Below, piece after piece: positions 61,333-64,000 of a stretch of 64,000 bases of DNA. Numbering within the stretch: position 1 is the first letter of the stretch; each line of letters begins with the position of its first letter. The translations under genes were made by a program, and so were the position numbers. This DNA comes from Squalus acanthias (Eukaryota), in NCBI GenBank assembly GCA_030390025.1, contig CM059432.1, positions 153,142,001 to 153,206,000 on the forward strand, written 5' to 3'. Below the pieces are notes generated by a model. That model worked only from the letters and a program-made list of their open reading frames with translations, ran no database searches and was not told the origin of the DNA.

Positions 61333-62850
61333 GGCCTAGAAATTGGATATGGCCCGAAAACGGGCGGTGTCATGGCCCAGCGCTATTTGGCTGCGCCTGT
61401 TCAAGTGGTCCAGGCAGCATGCAAAATTCGTGCTGCCTGCTCATTTACACGATTGGAGTGCTGATCTCAGCGCTAAACGCGATGCTGATTGGCTTGCTGC
61501 TGAACAGGTGAGCCAATATCAGGTGCAGTCTAATGGCCAGTAATGTTTGGCCTAGTCTTACTCCACTACTTAAAGGGGAGGTGCTTTGATGCAGCAGCAC
61601 CTCATTGTCATTGAAATTGGATTTGGAAGACAAGGCTCAGCAGCAGCAAAGAGAACGAGCCAGAAGGATCTCTGATGCGGCTCTGGAGGCATTGGTACTG
61701 GTCTTGGAGAGGAGGCGGGCTGTCCTGTTCCCGCAGGGTGGCAGGAAGCCATCAGCGCATACTTCAAGAAGACTGTGGCAAGAGATAGCTGGGTACGTCA
61801 CAGCCAACAGTGTCGTACCGCAGATATGGATCCAGTGCCGTAAGAAGTTTAATGACCTCACACAGCAGGTCAAGGTGAGTGAAGGCTTCAGCAAATGCCA
61901 TATCCCACCAACTGCACCACAAGCCTCACACACTGCTCAACGCATCACACCCCCAGCACTCACCTACCAACAATCTCTACCTTTCACCACTCATACCTCA
62001 AATTCATAGCTTCACTTCACCCTCACACACTTACCACTGCTACAACACTCACACTTACATCTCACACTTTGCACACACTGCCAGCTGTTCAACCATGGCA
62101 GGCACATCACCCAAGCACACTGCACCACACTCACTGACACACTACCCTTTCTCTTGCAGGCCAAGGTGGCTCACAATCGCTGCGAGCAGCGGAAGGCATT
62201 CAAGCTGCTTTACAGGCCTTGAGCCAACTGGAGGCGACAGTGTTCGATATCATTGGGGGGGTGGGGGGGAAGTCACTGAGGCCGTGGCAACGGGCGAAGT
62301 TGAAGCCCTTGGGGACAATAATGGTCATCCTTTTCTTCTCACATCCCACTTCCTCCTCATCTCACAATTTCTTCTCACTTACAAGCTGCTGATGGTGTAT
62401 GCATGGATATCTTGCTTTCCCCCCTGCCACCTCACCATAACCCGACTCGTGCCATTCTGCTTTCAGATGACCCGCACAGCCTGTCCCCAAAGTAATGGAG
62501 GAGAGTGGAGATGAAGAAGAAGGCACAGAGTCACTGCATCTGACACTCGCAGACACCAGGTCAGAAACTGGCACTGCGCGGAATGTAGAAGGTAGTATAG
62601 ATGCGAGATCTGCACATGGTGAGGCTCTGGGCATGAGTGGGCTGCAGCAAAGCCAGGGGGAAAGGGAAGCCCAGGGGCCAGCTCCTGGGAGGGTGAGTTT
62701 GCGCACGGGTTCTGCTGCACAGGACTCAGGTGATGACCTCGATGGGGCGGCCTTCAGAAGAAGGGTGATGGGCATGCACACCGAATTGCTAGGTGCAATG
62801 GCAGGCCTGCCAGAGAGCCTCTTGTCAGTGTCAAAGAGCACGCCAATATA
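61333..62850 (+). mobile_element. Truncated Harbinger C: one end plus a Myb gene pseudogene (exons ~61630-61874, 62160-~62323, ~62467-62850)
   Basis: RERARRISDAALEALV..WQEIA..WIQCRKKFNDL, AAG|GTGAGT, TTGCAG|AKVAHNR, MHTELLGA shared with element A. Confidence 0.82.
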
Positions 62851-62994
62851 TTGACATTCACATCAATAATCATGTCAATAACTGAGAAAGAAAGACAGTT
62901 TTGAGGAAGAAGAAGGATAACAAATAAACCAACTCCTTGCATCTTAAATAAATACTGCAAATCTGCTTTGGGAGGTAGAGCAAAAAAAAAATTC

Positions 62995-63135
62995 TTACAA
63001 TAGTGACGATACTTCAAAAGTACTTAATTGGCTGTAAATTGGGAAGTCCTGAGGTCGTGAAAGGTGCGCGATAAATGCATGTTCTTTCTCTTTTTCTTTC
63101 TTTCATTCTCTTTCTTTCTTTCTTTCTTTCTCTCA
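62995..63135 (+). mobile_element. Deu-SINE 3' tail with (TTTC)n
   Basis: TACAATAGTGAC..CTTCAAAAGTACTTAATTGGCTGTAAA..GAGGTCGTGAAAGG. Confidence 0.75.
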
Positions 63136-63369
63136 GACTTCAGTACTGTGTTGCAGATGTAGCATTCTGAAGACAAGAGCTGGTACATCACAAACGGCAC
63201 CTCACATTACTACTTAAGACACGCCACCAGGCGGAAAAATTTTCCTCAGCAGTTCATGCCGAAAAAAACCAATAAAAAAAATAATCTTCAACTCAGGGAT
63301 ATGGGAATAAATCATGAGTTTGAGCAATCGCTGTACAGTTAGATTCAATCGCATCATAAAGATTACCGC

Positions 63370-63870
63370 CAAGAACAACAATGCAAGTGTACCAGACTTT
63401 AGAAGAACAAAAGGCAGGATATGGGGAGAGTGCTGCAGAGGATTAAGTGGGAAACAGTGCTATAAAAATAATAAGAAAAACAGAATTCCTTCAAGGGATG
63501 TGGGAATGAAGTTTCCCTGTGAGAAAATGGTAAGACCAAGACATAGTCAATGAATAAGGAGGTCACAAAACTTAGCGGCTAAGGAAAATTATTTTAACAG
63601 ATGTAGGGAAACTAAAAGTAGTGAGGCGTAGAAGTCATACAAAGGTTAATTGAGGATAACCACACTGGTATTAGGAGAGGTAAGAGGGCAGTAGAAAAGC
63701 AGATGATAGATAGCAGTCAGAAGGAGCCAAAGAAAATGTTTGGCTATGCAAAAAGTAGATGGAGTGTTAAAGAACAGGCAGGTCTTTTAAGGGACAAGTT
63801 GGAGAGAGATATTTTTGGGGAATCAGGAAATGGCAGATGTGTTGAAATAATTCTTCCCATCAGTCTTCAC
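63370..63870 (+). mobile_element. Highly degenerate CR1 ORF2 fragment
   Basis: PDFRRT..IKWE and KKMFGYAKSRWSVKEQAGLLRD resemble the CR1 endonuclease-RT linker. Confidence 0.5.
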
Positions 63871-64000
63871 ATTCCAAATCCAGCCAAATTGGCTTGGGAA
63901 TCGGTAGCTTTTGTTGAATTGGTAAGCCGCACGTTATAAAGAAACGTAAAGAAATAAATGTGGCAACGGCACATGGACTGGATGAGATAGGCCCGTGAAT

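Overview
Repeat-dominated eukaryotic genomic DNA. The repeat set (CR1 LINEs, L2, Deu-domain SINEs, GC-rich Harbinger elements, Penelope-type palindromes) suggests a cartilaginous fish; this is inference. No host protein-coding gene could be named; there are only two weak minus-strand exon candidates. The main result is a PIF/Harbinger DNA-transposon system at every stage of its life cycle. (A) An apparently intact two-gene element at 48493-52638 has TIRs, a 3-bp TSD, a 386-aa DDE transposase and a convergent 3-exon Myb/SANT gene that splices to 459 aa with no stops. (B) A second, divergent full-length element at 54576-58787 has two probable lesions. (C) Truncated remnants, two ~1.8-kb internal-deletion derivatives, and ~720-bp MITEs whose ends match element A. 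Also present: a Penelope-type fold-back insertion with a minimal hammerhead ribozyme motif, two pogo/Tigger-like MITEs with co-varying TIRs, hAT MITEs, a probable solo LTR, a 1.2-kb TTAGGG-containing 19-bp minisatellite, and minisatellites seeded inside LINEs. Everything was read by eye; boundaries of old fragments are approximate.
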